Part shown: positions 32,901 through 41,846 of the stretch, piece by piece
Layout: each line of letters begins with the position of its first letter
How positions within the stretch are numbered: the first letter of the stretch is position 1
Assembly: GCA_031414395.1 (NCBI GenBank)
Contig: JANNVG010000850.1
Coordinates: 1 to 48,257 of the forward strand
Origin: Fimbriiglobus sp.
GTDB taxonomy: Bacteria > Planctomycetota > Planctomycetia > Gemmatales > Gemmataceae
Direction: 5' to 3'
Length of the DNA stretch: 48,257 nt
Notes under the pieces: model-generated
The model's database searches: none
What the model was told of the DNA's origin: nothing
The model's input: only the letters and a program-made list of their open reading frames with translations
Translations under genes and position numbers: made by a program

Positions 32901-33033
32901 CACGAGCGAAGCGCGTTCCCTGCCCCTCAGAAAACCATCCTTCTGCCACCCCTTCCCCCTGAGATAGCCCGGATAGCTTCCATCCACCGAACCGAACGCC
33001 CGCAATACCAGGCTATCCGCGACCAGGACTGCC

Positions 33034-33074
33034 CTCCTAAAGAGGATACGCAGGTTCGATTCCTGTCGGGGGCA
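33034..33074 (+). other. attP core candidate: 3' part of a tRNA (anticodon loop CUCCUAA to acceptor end; Arg-CCU-like)
   Basis: CTCCTAA-AGAGG-ATAC-GCAGG-TTCGATT-CCTGT-CGGGGGC-A read directly. No matching 5' acceptor or D-arm upstream. It lies 100 nt before int. Confidence 0.55.
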
Positions 33075-33173
33075 CTATAAAACACCAGGTCACAGGCCAT
33101 TTCCTGCCCACTTACCGACCACCCGAAAAAGGTTACCAACCCGCTTTCCATCCCTTTGAGCCATACTGGACCA

Positions 33174-34358
33174 ATGGCAGGCAACGTGAGGTACCGCTCA
33201 GGGGCGTGGCGCATCCAGGTCTACGCCGGCACCGACCCGATCACCGGCCGCAAAAAACGCGTCGCCCGCACCGTCCACGCACCCAACAACCGCGCCGGAC
33301 GCAAACTCGCCGACGAAGCACTCGCCACCCTCCTCCTTGAAGTAGCAGCTCGAGGAACGGCGATCGCGGACGACATAACCGTCGCCGAACTCCTACAACG
33401 ATGGATCGCATCACGCACCGCCGACTGGGCCCCCTCCACCGTCCGCGGCCACCGCCAAATCGTCGACACATGGATCACACCCCGCATCGGCCACCGGCGA
33501 CTCCGCAAACTCCGCGCGGTCGACATCGACGCCATGTACGCCGACCTCCGAGCCCACGGCGGCCGCAACCGCACCCCGCTCTCCGCCGGGACCGTCCGAC
33601 GCATACACACCGTCCTGCACTCCGCGTGCAACCAAGCGGTCCGCTGGGGCCTCATCACCACCAACCCCGCCACCATCGCCAACAAACCGACCGTCGAACC
33701 CCACAACATCAGCCCTCCCAACCCCACCGACGTCGCGAGGGCCATCACCGAAGCCGACCCCGACTTCGCCCTCTGGGTCCGGGTCTCAGCGACGACCGGC
33801 GCCCGCCGCGGCCAGATCGCCGCTTTGCGTTGGGACGATCTCGATCTCGACGCCGGCACCATCACGTTCGCCCGGGCGATCTCGATTGGTACCGGGGAGC
33901 TCGTCGAGAAAGGGACCAAGACCGGTCGGATCTACACGGTGTCCGTCGACCCGGGCACCATCGCTCTCCTCGCGACGCGCCGGGCCGACTGGTACCGCCA
34001 GGTCCTCGCCGAACCATCACTCCCCAAAAACGGGTTCGTGTTCGCTAGACCCGACGGCCGGTGCTGGCACCCCACCTCCGCCTCCCACGCCTGGCGCACC
34101 CTCCGAGACACCGTCGGCCTCCCGAACGTCCGCCTCCACGACCTCCGCCACCATGTTGCGACCGAAATGCTCGCCGCCGGCGCCGACGTTCGCACCGTCG
34201 CCCACCACCTCGGCCACGCCAACCCGTCGACCACCCTCAACGTGTACGCGGCGTTCGTGCCCGCACTCGACCGGGCCGCGTCCGACGGTCTCGGGGCCCG
34301 GCTCGATCAGGCGATGCCAACGGTCAGCGAGCCGACGGAACTCGCACAGGAGCAGTAA
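33174..34358 (+). CDS. int: Tyrosine integrase
   Basis: Track ORF 33156..34358 (TTG), here started at ATG 33174. The C-terminal catalytic region reads RLHDLRHHVATEMLAAGADVRTVAHHLGHANPSTTLNVYA. Confidence 0.9.
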   Translation: MAGNVRYRSGAWRIQVYAGTDPITGRKKRVARTVHAPNNRAGRKLADEALATLLLEVAARGTAIADDITVAELLQRWIASRTADWAPSTVRGHRQIVDTWITPRIGHRRLRKLRAVDIDAMYADLRAHGGRNRTPLSAGTVRRIHTVLHSACNQAVRWGLITTNPATIANKPTVEPHNISPPNPTDVARAITEADPDFALWVRVSATTGARRGQIAALRWDDLDLDAGTITFARAISIGTGELVEKGTKTGRIYTVSVDPGTIALLATRRADWYRQVLAEPSLPKNGFVFARPDGRCWHPTSASHAWRTLRDTVGLPNVRLHDLRHHVATEMLAAGADVRTVAHHLGHANPSTTLNVYAAFVPALDRAASDGLGARLDQAMPTVSEPTELAQEQ

Positions 34359-34626
34359 CCAGCTCCTCGACCCCGAGCATCGTCAGCGGGTCCTCGTGAT
34401 CGTGCGAGTCCGGCTGGCGGTCGGTGTTCGGTGTTGGCTGCGCACCAAAGATGAACCGTCGACCAAACAACATCGCCTCGGACTGACGGGCAACAGCCGC
34501 AGGGATCCCCATGACACCCATCATGCGCGGGGGTGTGACAAGCGAAGTTGGTGCTGGGCGGCGCCTTGTTGAAGGTACATCGCTGTTCGTTGCCATCGAG
34601 CTACACACTGCTACCCTCCCATAGCT

Positions 34627-35085
34627 ATGGCGGCGAGCGATGGTCAAGACCGATCGATTGAGGCCCAGGCGGCCATCTACAGCTACGGCAACGTCCAACG
34701 ACTGATAACCGTAAGCGGGCGCCTTGGGGCCATCCTGTTTTCGATGGGTCCGCTGTGGATCATGTATCTGATGGTCGATGCCATTGCTGGCAAGAACACG
34801 AACTTCAACGCGTCGGTCACAATCGCGGTCACCCTCATATCCACGGTCACAATGAGCGGGGGCGCTGCAACCATCTATACCCAGCGAAAGACTGTCCTAC
34901 GGCTCAGAGCTCGCGAACAGGACCTTGAAGAACTTGTCAAGTCCAGTGGACACAAGCTCGATCTCCAAGAACTGGATTTGAAAGAGAAGGCTTTGGAAAT
35001 GCGCCAACTCAACCGGCAGCTCCTTGATACTGAAGCTCGATTGACGGAGGTGACCAGAAAACTAGGCAATGATGGTGGACACTGA
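34627..35085 (+). CDS. Membrane protein (2 TM) with C-terminal coiled coil
   Basis: Track ORF with hydrophobic segments GAILFSMGPLWIMYLMVDAIAG and VTIAVTLISTVTMSGGAATIY, then a heptad-like Leu/Glu-rich tail. Markedly lower G+C than the backbone. Confidence 0.65.
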   Translation: MAASDGQDRSIEAQAAIYSYGNVQRLITVSGRLGAILFSMGPLWIMYLMVDAIAGKNTNFNASVTIAVTLISTVTMSGGAATIYTQRKTVLRLRAREQDLEELVKSSGHKLDLQELDLKEKALEMRQLNRQLLDTEARLTEVTRKLGNDGGH

Positions 35086-35133
35086 AGTCGTTTCTGGCAC
35101 ACTACCCACCCAAGGTGAACAGGAATTACAGAC

Positions 35134-35733
35134 ATGGAATTTGTCTCGCTTCTCCTCCTAGGCTCACTCTCAGCTGTCGCTGTCGCGTTTGTTCTTATCC
35201 CGCGGTGGTGCCTCCGGAGCATCTCTCGGCATAAGTTGTGGGAAATTCGTGACGGGGTAGTTGACGCCATCTTCCACGGCGACCTGCCATCAAATGAGAT
35301 TACCTGGGGCCTCGTTTCCAAAGCCGAATCGGCTATCCGTTTGACCCCCGACTTGACGATGGGCACAATCGTCGCGTGCGAGTGGACACAACGCACAGTA
35401 TCGAACGCGGTGCGCAAAGAATTGGGTTGGGACATCAAACGCCGCCCCGAAAGCGGACTATCCGCCGATCACCTCATCGTCTACCGGAAATTCGAGCGGT
35501 CACTCGAGTACGTCCTTAGCCGCCAGGCGCTTTGGGGCTCCTGGCCAAGCCTCATCGTATTCGGTCTCCTTCTGGTGAAGTCACTAATTGAGTCGATCGG
35601 CAAACGAAGCAACGATAATTTCAAGGCCGTTGTAACCAATCAAACGAATCCCCGTTGGGTCCGACAGGCTTCGTCCTACGCCGAATCGGCATCCCCTCGA
35701 CAGTACCGGCCCCTTAAGGAACTCGTCAGCTGA
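35134..35733 (+). CDS. Membrane protein (N-terminal and internal TM), unknown function
   Basis: Track ORF of 199 aa with FVSLLLLGSLSAVAVAFVLI and WPSLIVFGLLLVKSLI. G+C roughly mid-50s % by eye. Confidence 0.65.
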   Translation: MEFVSLLLLGSLSAVAVAFVLIPRWCLRSISRHKLWEIRDGVVDAIFHGDLPSNEITWGLVSKAESAIRLTPDLTMGTIVACEWTQRTVSNAVRKELGWDIKRRPESGLSADHLIVYRKFERSLEYVLSRQALWGSWPSLIVFGLLLVKSLIESIGKRSNDNFKAVVTNQTNPRWVRQASSYAESASPRQYRPLKELVS

Positions 35734-35902
35734 CCTGCTGAGTGTCGGAGGCTACCGGGACTCGGGGACCTCGATCGCTCTTGCGGTCCTGACCTTCCTT
35801 CTGGGCGGGGTTATCGGGGTCGCTCTCACCCGAAACTCCGACATCACAGTTCCGTTCGTTGCGACGACAACGGTACCGCCGGTTCACACGATCACGGGAA
35901 CG

Positions 35903-36220
35903 ATGCGCCTAACGGATTCAGACCTGGGTGGCGGCACCGTTTCTTGTTATGGGACCGGTGGTTTCAGCGACATGAAGCCCGGCGCCCAGGTGGTTGTTAA
36001 GGACGCGGCCGGGAAGATCATCGCTCAGGGTGCGCTCGGCGACGGGGTGCACCCGACAAGCGAGAAGTACGCGGGTGTCGTATGTGAGTTTCCGCTCACG
36101 GTCGAGAACGTGCCCGACTCAGATTTCTATCAGGTGTCCGTCGGGCATCGTGGCGAGATCAGTCACACTCGAGCGGAGATGGAGCAGTCGGGTTGGACCG
36201 TCGGGTTCACACTCGGGTGA
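35903..36220 (+). CDS. Small beta-rich domain protein; coding probably extends upstream (TM segment without start codon)
   Basis: Track ORF of 105 aa. The same frame is open from 35636 and encodes ...GYRDSGTSIALAVLTFLLGGVIGVALTRNS... with coding-like GC3, but there is no ATG/GTG/TTG. Confidence 0.55.
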   Translation: MRLTDSDLGGGTVSCYGTGGFSDMKPGAQVVVKDAAGKIIAQGALGDGVHPTSEKYAGVVCEFPLTVENVPDSDFYQVSVGHRGEISHTRAEMEQSGWTVGFTLG

Positions 36221-36230
36221 GCCTGCACGC

Positions 36231-36264
36231 GACGAAGAGCCCCACCGAAGCGGGGCTCTTCGTC
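36231..36264. terminator. Bidirectional hairpin terminator between convergent genes
   Basis: Perfect 13-bp stem GACGAAGAGCCCC / GGGGCTCTTCGTC with an 8-nt loop. It lies 11 nt after the 36220 stop and 18 nt from the 36282 stop. Confidence 0.7.
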
Positions 36265-36281
36265 ACATGCCTCGTAACGAT

Positions 36282-36605
36282 CTACACGGTAGCGGCGGCC
36301 TCGATGCGTTCCGGATCCACACCGAGCGCCTGAGCGGCGTCCTCGGCGGTGAACCCGTCGACCTTCTTCACAACCGCTGCCGCCAACCGTTCGATGTCGG
36401 TGGGCGGGTCGGGTAACGGGCCCTCATCCGGTACGGGTACCGGGACCTGTATCGGGGTCGCCGTTCCCGGGTTACCGTCGACATACATGGTTTCTGTCGC
36501 GGTGCCGTCTCCCTTATCGTCGACGGTGCGAACAATGATGCCGGGGACCGTGGCGCCTGTTTCGGGGTCGACGGTCGGCGGGCCAACAAACGTAGTGGTG
36601 GGCAT
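36282..36605 (-). CDS. Hypothetical protein (107 aa), last gene of the fibre block
   Basis: Track ORF 36282..36686 trimmed to ATG 36605 (MPTTTFVGPPTVDPETG...). Confidence 0.55.
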   Translation of the reverse strand: MPTTTFVGPPTVDPETGATVPGIIVRTVDDKGDGTATETMYVDGNPGTATPIQVPVPVPDEGPLPDPPTDIERLAAAVVKKVDGFTAEDAAQALGVDPERIEAAATV

Positions 36606-36613
36606 CGGGTCTC

Positions 36614-37870
36614 CTACAGGGTTTCGGTGGACATCCACGCCATATTCATGGACCGCACTACGGCGTCGATTGACCACACCCCGCAACAGGTCGCCATCGC
36701 GGTGGCGGTGTCGGGCAGGGTGCCGGTCGCGGACCCGGACGCGGTGGTCGCCGCGGTCAGATCATCGATCCGCCAGTACACCGTCGAGTCGTTCGGTTTG
36801 CATTCGATGTGGAAGTCGTAGACGTGTTGCGCGGTGAACGGCATCCCGGTATCACCGACAGTACGGCCGCCGCCGGAGCTGGTGACGAATTGCCAGTTGG
36901 TGTCCGTCGCCGCCCCGTTGACGTGTTCCCTCGCGAACATGGCGTTTTGGGCTGCGGTGGTCCCGTAGTCGGTACCCATCCATGTCGCGAACACCGCCGA
37001 CCCGAGACCGATGTGGATGCGGGACCCGGTCGACGCCCCCGTGTTGTTGTACGACGCGTCGGGGAAGTAGTGGCGGGAGTGATACTCGAACCCGCCGTGC
37101 AGTTGGGTGGATGACGCCCCGCGCAGGAACACGGATGTGCCGACGTACCCGGACCCGGCCCCGGCCCCGCCCGACGATGGGAACGTGGTCATATACCCGT
37201 CCGCGGTCGCGGCGTGGGTCGGGGTGCCGGTGATGGTCCCGGAACCACCGACTCCCGCCTGGCGCAACGCGGCCGCCGATTGCGGGGTGATCACCTGCAT
37301 TTGCCGCGACCAGTCAGCGCGCCCCAGCGGGTGATAGCGACCGTAATCGGGGCGGAACCACGGGCGGACCGCCTTCGCGAGTTTCCGCCAGGTGTACTGT
37401 CCGAATCCGGCGACCGCGGCGGGGTCCGTTGATTGGGCGGCCCCGGTGAACACCCCGGTACCGTCGGTGTCGGAGATCGCGACGCCGGTCACGGCCAGAT
37501 CCCCGGTCATCGTGTCGCCCTCCGGGGACAGGCCCTGGCGGATCACCAGCCAGGTGTTCGTTGCCGTTTTCTCCAGGACGATGCTGTCGTATTGGCGGAC
37601 GGTGAGCTTCCCGTTGATTGTCGGGGGGGCCGCTCCGGCGATGGTGAGGAGTCCGGCGCCGAGGTTCTCCACCTTGATCTGGGTGCCCACCGGAAACGCG
37701 ACGGAGGCGTTCGTCGGCACGGTCAGGGTGACCGCTGTGCCCTTGGTCATTGTCACGGTCTTACCGGCGTCGAGCAGGACGAGGGTGTAGTTGTTGACCT
37801 GAGCGGTCAGGGTGCGCTGTTTGCGCGGTTCGGCGTAGTCCTGCAATGCGATTTGGGTGGCGGTGGTCAT
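36614..37870 (-). CDS. Minor tail / receptor-binding-like protein
   Basis: 418-aa track ORF, Gly/Thr/Ala-rich and beta-type in composition. Called by position in the fibre block. Confidence 0.5.
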   Translation of the reverse strand: MTTATQIALQDYAEPRKQRTLTAQVNNYTLVLLDAGKTVTMTKGTAVTLTVPTNASVAFPVGTQIKVENLGAGLLTIAGAAPPTINGKLTVRQYDSIVLEKTATNTWLVIRQGLSPEGDTMTGDLAVTGVAISDTDGTGVFTGAAQSTDPAAVAGFGQYTWRKLAKAVRPWFRPDYGRYHPLGRADWSRQMQVITPQSAAALRQAGVGGSGTITGTPTHAATADGYMTTFPSSGGAGAGSGYVGTSVFLRGASSTQLHGGFEYHSRHYFPDASYNNTGASTGSRIHIGLGSAVFATWMGTDYGTTAAQNAMFAREHVNGAATDTNWQFVTSSGGGRTVGDTGMPFTAQHVYDFHIECKPNDSTVYWRIDDLTAATTASGSATGTLPDTATAMATCCGVWSIDAVVRSMNMAWMSTETL

Positions 37871-37880
37871 GTTGTCAGCC

Positions 37881-39362
37881 TCATTCGAAGTAGCCGTCGA
37901 TGGTGCACGCCGTACGGATCACCTGCGAGCCGGTCGCCGCGGACGCTCCGATAACGCGGGCGAAGACGTGCACATACCGCCCGGCGGGAACAAACCAGGG
38001 GGTGCCGGGCCGCAAATCAATAGGTGGGGTGGTCGGCGCGGCACCGATAGCGGCCGCGTTGGCGATCGTTTCGAAACCGAGAGCGAGCCGGGCGCCGGGG
38101 TAGGTGCCTGCGGTCGCGAGCGACAGGGCTGACAGTCCGAGGGACAAACCCCATTCGATGGTGTAGATCGCGGCGCCGTTCGCGGCGCCCATGTTCACCG
38201 ATTGGAGATGGATGCCGGTGAGCATGAAGTTGTACGGGACCGGGATCTGGTAGTCGAAGATGATGAGGTCGAGCGTGTCGGACGCACCAAACGAGTTGGC
38301 GCCGTTGGACCAGGAGCAGATACCGCCGAGTCCGACTTCGCCGGCGGCGGTGGTGTTGGTGGGGGTGCGGGCGGTGGGGGCGGCGTTGTTCGCGAACGCG
38401 GTCAGTGTCGTGAACGCGGTGGGGCTGCGGAGCGCAGACATTTCGGTGGCGGCCTGGATGTGCGACCACGGCTTACCGGCATTGGTGTCGAGCTGGTAGA
38501 CGGCGGATTCGGCGGCGAGGATCTGCACCGCGGTGCCGGCACCCGCCGAGTTGTAGGTGCGGGTGTACGCGTTGAAATGGGTGCAGGTCCAGTCGCCGGT
38601 CCCGACCGGGAAATCAATTCGCTGCTCCGACACCAGCACCCCGGCGGTGGTCACGATCCGGAACGAGGCGCCCATCTCGTCAAGCTCAACCTCGAAGATC
38701 GCGTAGTCGGTCGCGGCGACCGCGGCAACGAACGTCGCGTTACTGATCGCGGTGCCGACGGTGAGAGCCCCGTTGATGAACAGCGACGGGATGTACTGGC
38801 CGGTGCCGTCTTTCTGCCAAACCGCCCCCGACGCCAACTGAACTTGCAGAGTCGTGGTCGCGGACGGGGCGGCGATGTTGAGAAGGCCCAGTTCGATGAG
38901 GTTGTTGTTGAAGTGGGCGGTGTGCCGTTGCCGGGACCGCCACAACACCCGTCCGCGCGATGGCAGGACAAACGATCGTTGGGACATTTGGGCGGCGCCG
39001 ACCGTCGTCGCGACCGACGAACCGGCGTTGTAGGTCGTGACCCCGGTCGCCTGGGTGATCGTCATCGTGGTCGTGGTCTGTACCTGAAGGTTGGTGTTCA
39101 CCGCGGCGCCTTCGACGGTATCGGACCACAACAGTGTTGGGCTGCCGTCGGCGAGCGACCCGTCCGACATGGCCCGGACAGCGCGACCGATCTTGTAATC
39201 GGCCCCCAGGATGGGGAGACCCTGGATAGTGGCGGGGACGATCGCCGCCTTGTCGACCTTGAGAGCGTCAGCGGCATTGGAGTCGCGCAGACGGCTGTAG
39301 GCGGCTTTGCCGGTGTCAACGGTGAGCTGGTCCGAACCAGCCCCGGATTTGATGATGGTCAT
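37881..39362 (-). CDS. Minor tail protein (493 aa)
   Basis: Track ORF, ATGA-coupled to the collagen-like fibre gene. Confidence 0.5.
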   Translation of the reverse strand: MTIIKSGAGSDQLTVDTGKAAYSRLRDSNAADALKVDKAAIVPATIQGLPILGADYKIGRAVRAMSDGSLADGSPTLLWSDTVEGAAVNTNLQVQTTTTMTITQATGVTTYNAGSSVATTVGAAQMSQRSFVLPSRGRVLWRSRQRHTAHFNNNLIELGLLNIAAPSATTTLQVQLASGAVWQKDGTGQYIPSLFINGALTVGTAISNATFVAAVAATDYAIFEVELDEMGASFRIVTTAGVLVSEQRIDFPVGTGDWTCTHFNAYTRTYNSAGAGTAVQILAAESAVYQLDTNAGKPWSHIQAATEMSALRSPTAFTTLTAFANNAAPTARTPTNTTAAGEVGLGGICSWSNGANSFGASDTLDLIIFDYQIPVPYNFMLTGIHLQSVNMGAANGAAIYTIEWGLSLGLSALSLATAGTYPGARLALGFETIANAAAIGAAPTTPPIDLRPGTPWFVPAGRYVHVFARVIGASAATGSQVIRTACTIDGYFE

Positions 39363-40837
39363 GCTGTCGCGCTCCTCAAATAGTTGATCGTGTACGTGCC
39401 ATGGGCGCCACCGGACAGGTTGGTGACGATCAAATCAAACGACGTTGCTACGACAATGGTGCCGATAGCGACGGTGAACTGTTCCGCTTCCATTTCATCG
39501 GCGTCCCGGCCGTCCGCCGGGGCGGCGACCATCGCGGTGATAATCGAATCTGCGGCAACCGCGGCGTCTGAAACGGTGACGGTGACGGTTTCGACGTAGG
39601 TGACCGCACCGAAGTCGGCGACGGCGGTACCGTGCCCGGTACGGCCCGCCAACACGTCGAGGGCCGCTTCAACGTCCGTGGAAGACAGTCCGACACCGCC
39701 GGCATAGGAGATCGCGGACGCGGCTAGCGATGACAGTGTCGCTAGTGTCCCGAGGCCGAGAGTTGCCCTCGCTGTCGCGGCGTCGGCGGCGTCGAGCAGC
39801 GTCCGCATGAACGTCGTCAGCGTTGTGACGGCGGCTGTTCCAGACCCGGTGAAATATGGGAGATTGTCGGCTGCGGAGGTCAATCCGGCGATGGCGTCGA
39901 GGTCGGCGTCCCACGCTTGGACGTTCGTGCCGATCACAGCACCCGCCAACACACGCAACGCCGCGGCGTCAGCGGCCGTCAACAACGACCGGCCGAACGA
40001 TGTAGTTGATAGTGCTGCGATGGCTGTCAGATCGGCGTCGACCTGCTGGAAGTCTGTCGACGCCGACAGGGCCGCCGTACCCAGCCCGAGGGCGGTGCGG
40101 GCAGCCGCCGCGTCAGCGAGCACGAGGAACGCCCGACCATACGATGTCGTAGACAGGGCAGCGATAGCGGTCAGGTCAGAGTCCAGGGGTTGTGACGCGG
40201 CGATAGCGGCAGACACCGAAGCTGCATCGCCAGCAATGCGAGCAGCCTGCTCGTCGGAGATCTCGGTTTGGATCGTCGCAAACGACGAGGCGAACGCAGC
40301 CGTATAGGCGGCAGCAACAGAGACAACCGGAGCCGACGATGTGCCAGAGACCGTGATCGTCCCGTCACCATTCGTGACCGTGTCAACCCGCCCCTTCTCC
40401 GCGTCCAACTCCGCGAGAGAAGTCTGAACGTTCGTCGACGCCAAGTTGCCGGCAGGGACAGTCGAGATCGCCGACGCATCATGAGCGTCAACGGTGTCCG
40501 CGAGATGATCGGAGATCGCCGTCGCGTTAGCGGCGTCCGCGGCGTCACGCGCCGCCGTATACGCCGTCGAGACTCTAACGGTCGGGTTTGCCGGGTCCGC
40601 CGAGTTGACCGTGACCGTCGCATCAGCCGCGACGATCGACGCCATGATCCCGTCGACACCGTCAACCCCATCGATTCCGTCCGCACCATCAACACCATCG
40701 ACTCCGTCAGTGCCCGCCGCTCCCGCCGTGCCCGCCGGACCAACAATCCCCACAACATCCAACGTGACCGACTCAACCGCCACGTTCAACGCGACCGCCT
40801 CCGCTGGGGTCAGATCAAGAGTGACCGACTCAGGCAT
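39359..40837 (-). CDS. Tail fibre protein with collagen-like Gly-X-Y tract and internal sequence repeats
   Basis: GPAGTAGAAGTDGVDGVDGADGIDGVDGVDG (aa 33-63). D(A/S)DLTAIAALSTTS(Y/F)GR occurs twice, with a third degenerate copy, each followed by DAAxAR..LGLG. Confidence 0.75.
   Translation of the reverse strand: MPESVTLDLTPAEAVALNVAVESVTLDVVGIVGPAGTAGAAGTDGVDGVDGADGIDGVDGVDGIMASIVAADATVTVNSADPANPTVRVSTAYTAARDAADAANATAISDHLADTVDAHDASAISTVPAGNLASTNVQTSLAELDAEKGRVDTVTNGDGTITVSGTSSAPVVSVAAAYTAAFASSFATIQTEISDEQAARIAGDAASVSAAIAASQPLDSDLTAIAALSTTSYGRAFLVLADAAAARTALGLGTAALSASTDFQQVDADLTAIAALSTTSFGRSLLTAADAAALRVLAGAVIGTNVQAWDADLDAIAGLTSAADNLPYFTGSGTAAVTTLTTFMRTLLDAADAATARATLGLGTLATLSSLAASAISYAGGVGLSSTDVEAALDVLAGRTGHGTAVADFGAVTYVETVTVTVSDAAVAADSIITAMVAAPADGRDADEMEAEQFTVAIGTIVVATSFDLIVTNLSGGAHGTYTINYLRSATA
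40649..40741 (-). repeat. Collagen-like (Gly-X-Y)10 coding tract
   Basis: Derived from the protein coordinates of 39359..40837. Confidence 0.75.
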
Positions 40838-41183
40838 GCGACACGTCCTTCGCTACCCGCATCGCGGTCACAATCCACCAGGTGCGCACCACCGGGGTCA
40901 GTTGCTCCAAATCGAACACGTCACCCGACCGCAACAACGCGGTCTGTGACGCGGTCGCGTCCAACAACAACACGTTGCCATCTCCGCCCGATTCAACCGA
41001 CGTAGCGAAAGCGAAGAGCAGTTCGCCGTCGGCGAACTTGCGGCGGACCTGCGCCCGCCACGTCCACGTCGTTATGTCCTGAGCAACCCCCGCTACAGTG
41101 ATAGGGACACTGATCGTCAACGGGTCACCCCGCACGATCGGATCAGCGGCAGAGGTCGTCGGATAGGTCGAGATAGCGGCCAT
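40830..41183 (-). CDS. Hypothetical protein (117 aa) preceding the fibre gene
   Basis: Track ORF 40830..41258 trimmed to ATG 41183 (MAAISTYPTTSAADP...), TAATG junction with the upstream small ORF. Confidence 0.55.
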   Translation of the reverse strand: MAAISTYPTTSAADPIVRGDPLTISVPITVAGVAQDITTWTWRAQVRRKFADGELLFAFATSVESGGDGNVLLLDATASQTALLRSGDVFDLEQLTPVVRTWWIVTAMRVAKDVSHA

Positions 41184-41296
41184 TAGCCGAACCTCCGATA
41201 AAGCTCGCGGATACGAGCGGCGGCGAACCCGGCGGCGCACGCGACACCGAGCACGCACAGGTACAGGGCGATCAGGGCCAGGTCCCGGTATCTCAC
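41183..41296 (-). CDS. Small membrane protein (37 aa)
   Basis: Hand-translated: VRYRDLALIALYLCVLGVACAAGFAAARIRELYRRFG. GTG start in a GTGA overlap with the upstream stop. Confidence 0.4.
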   Translation of the reverse strand: MRYRDLALIALYLCVLGVACAAGFAAARIRELYRRFG

Positions 41297-41505
41297 GGTC
41301 GGACCTCCGGGTGACCGGCTCGGAGATGATCGAGATCCTGGCCGAGCCCGTTCACGCGCTCTTCGAGTCTCGCTACGAGGTTAGCGAGGCGGACGACGGT
41401 CGTTAGCGTCCACGACATGATGGCGATGCCGGCTGACACGACGAGCACGAACGCGGCGACGAGCAGCCCCGAGTCGAGCGTGATGGTCTCGGCGAACATC
41501 AACAT
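41293..41505 (-). CDS. Membrane protein (TM + coiled coil), lysis-cassette associated
   Basis: Track ORF 41293..41649 trimmed to ATG 41505 (or 41499). LLVAAFVLVVSAGIAIMSW, then a helical tail. Confidence 0.5.
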   Translation of the reverse strand: MLMFAETITLDSGLLVAAFVLVVSAGIAIMSWTLTTVVRLANLVARLEERVNGLGQDLDHLRAGHPEVRP

Positions 41506-41846
41506 GACCTCCAGGTGTTGCCCTCGTCCAAATAGCCGTGCCAGTACTCGCCGAGCTGCTCGCCCGTGTCCGGGTCGATGTCGTGGTGACCGCACGCGAT
41601 CGACGCCCGGATCTCGATGCTGCCGTCGTCGCACTCGCGGAACGTCCACGGCGGCTCATACACACCATGAATACCCGACCCGCGACTGGGCCGGTCGTAC
41701 TTCGTTTCGCCCTCATGGATCGGTAGCAGGAACCACATGGCCCGCTTGGACTCACCGTGATCGTCGATGCTGCCAAGCGCGTAGTCGCCGGCGTGTTCGA
41801 GGTCGCCGAAGAACTCCACCCGCCGAGCTGGCCAAGTCTCAGCCAT
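41499..41846 (-). CDS. Hypothetical protein (115 aa)
   Basis: Track ORF 41499..41861 trimmed to ATG 41846 (TGATG junction). Confidence 0.5.
   Translation of the reverse strand: MAETWPARRVEFFGDLEHAGDYALGSIDDHGESKRAMWFLLPIHEGETKYDRPSRGSGIHGVYEPPWTFRECDDGSIEIRASIACGHHDIDPDTGEQLGEYWHGYLDEGNTWRSC

Noticed and set aside
33001-33076. A complete tRNA gene.
   Set aside because: Only the anticodon-loop-to-acceptor 3' portion is present. There is no complementary 5' acceptor strand (GCCCCCG) or D-arm upstream, and the end reads CTA rather than CCA. It is interpreted as the attP core.
34324-34698. 124-aa minus-strand ORF between int and the low-GC cassette.
   Set aside because: It overlaps the integrase 3' end and the start of 34627..35085. 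It has no clear RBS, mixed and partly Arg/Pro-rich composition, and no motif. A short real gene within it cannot be excluded.
39359-40837. Internal repeats of the fibre gene as template/variable repeats of a diversity-generating retroelement.
   Set aside because: There is no reverse transcriptase anywhere in the genome. The repeats are diverged protein-level motifs, not near-identical TR/VR pairs with adenine-specific differences.
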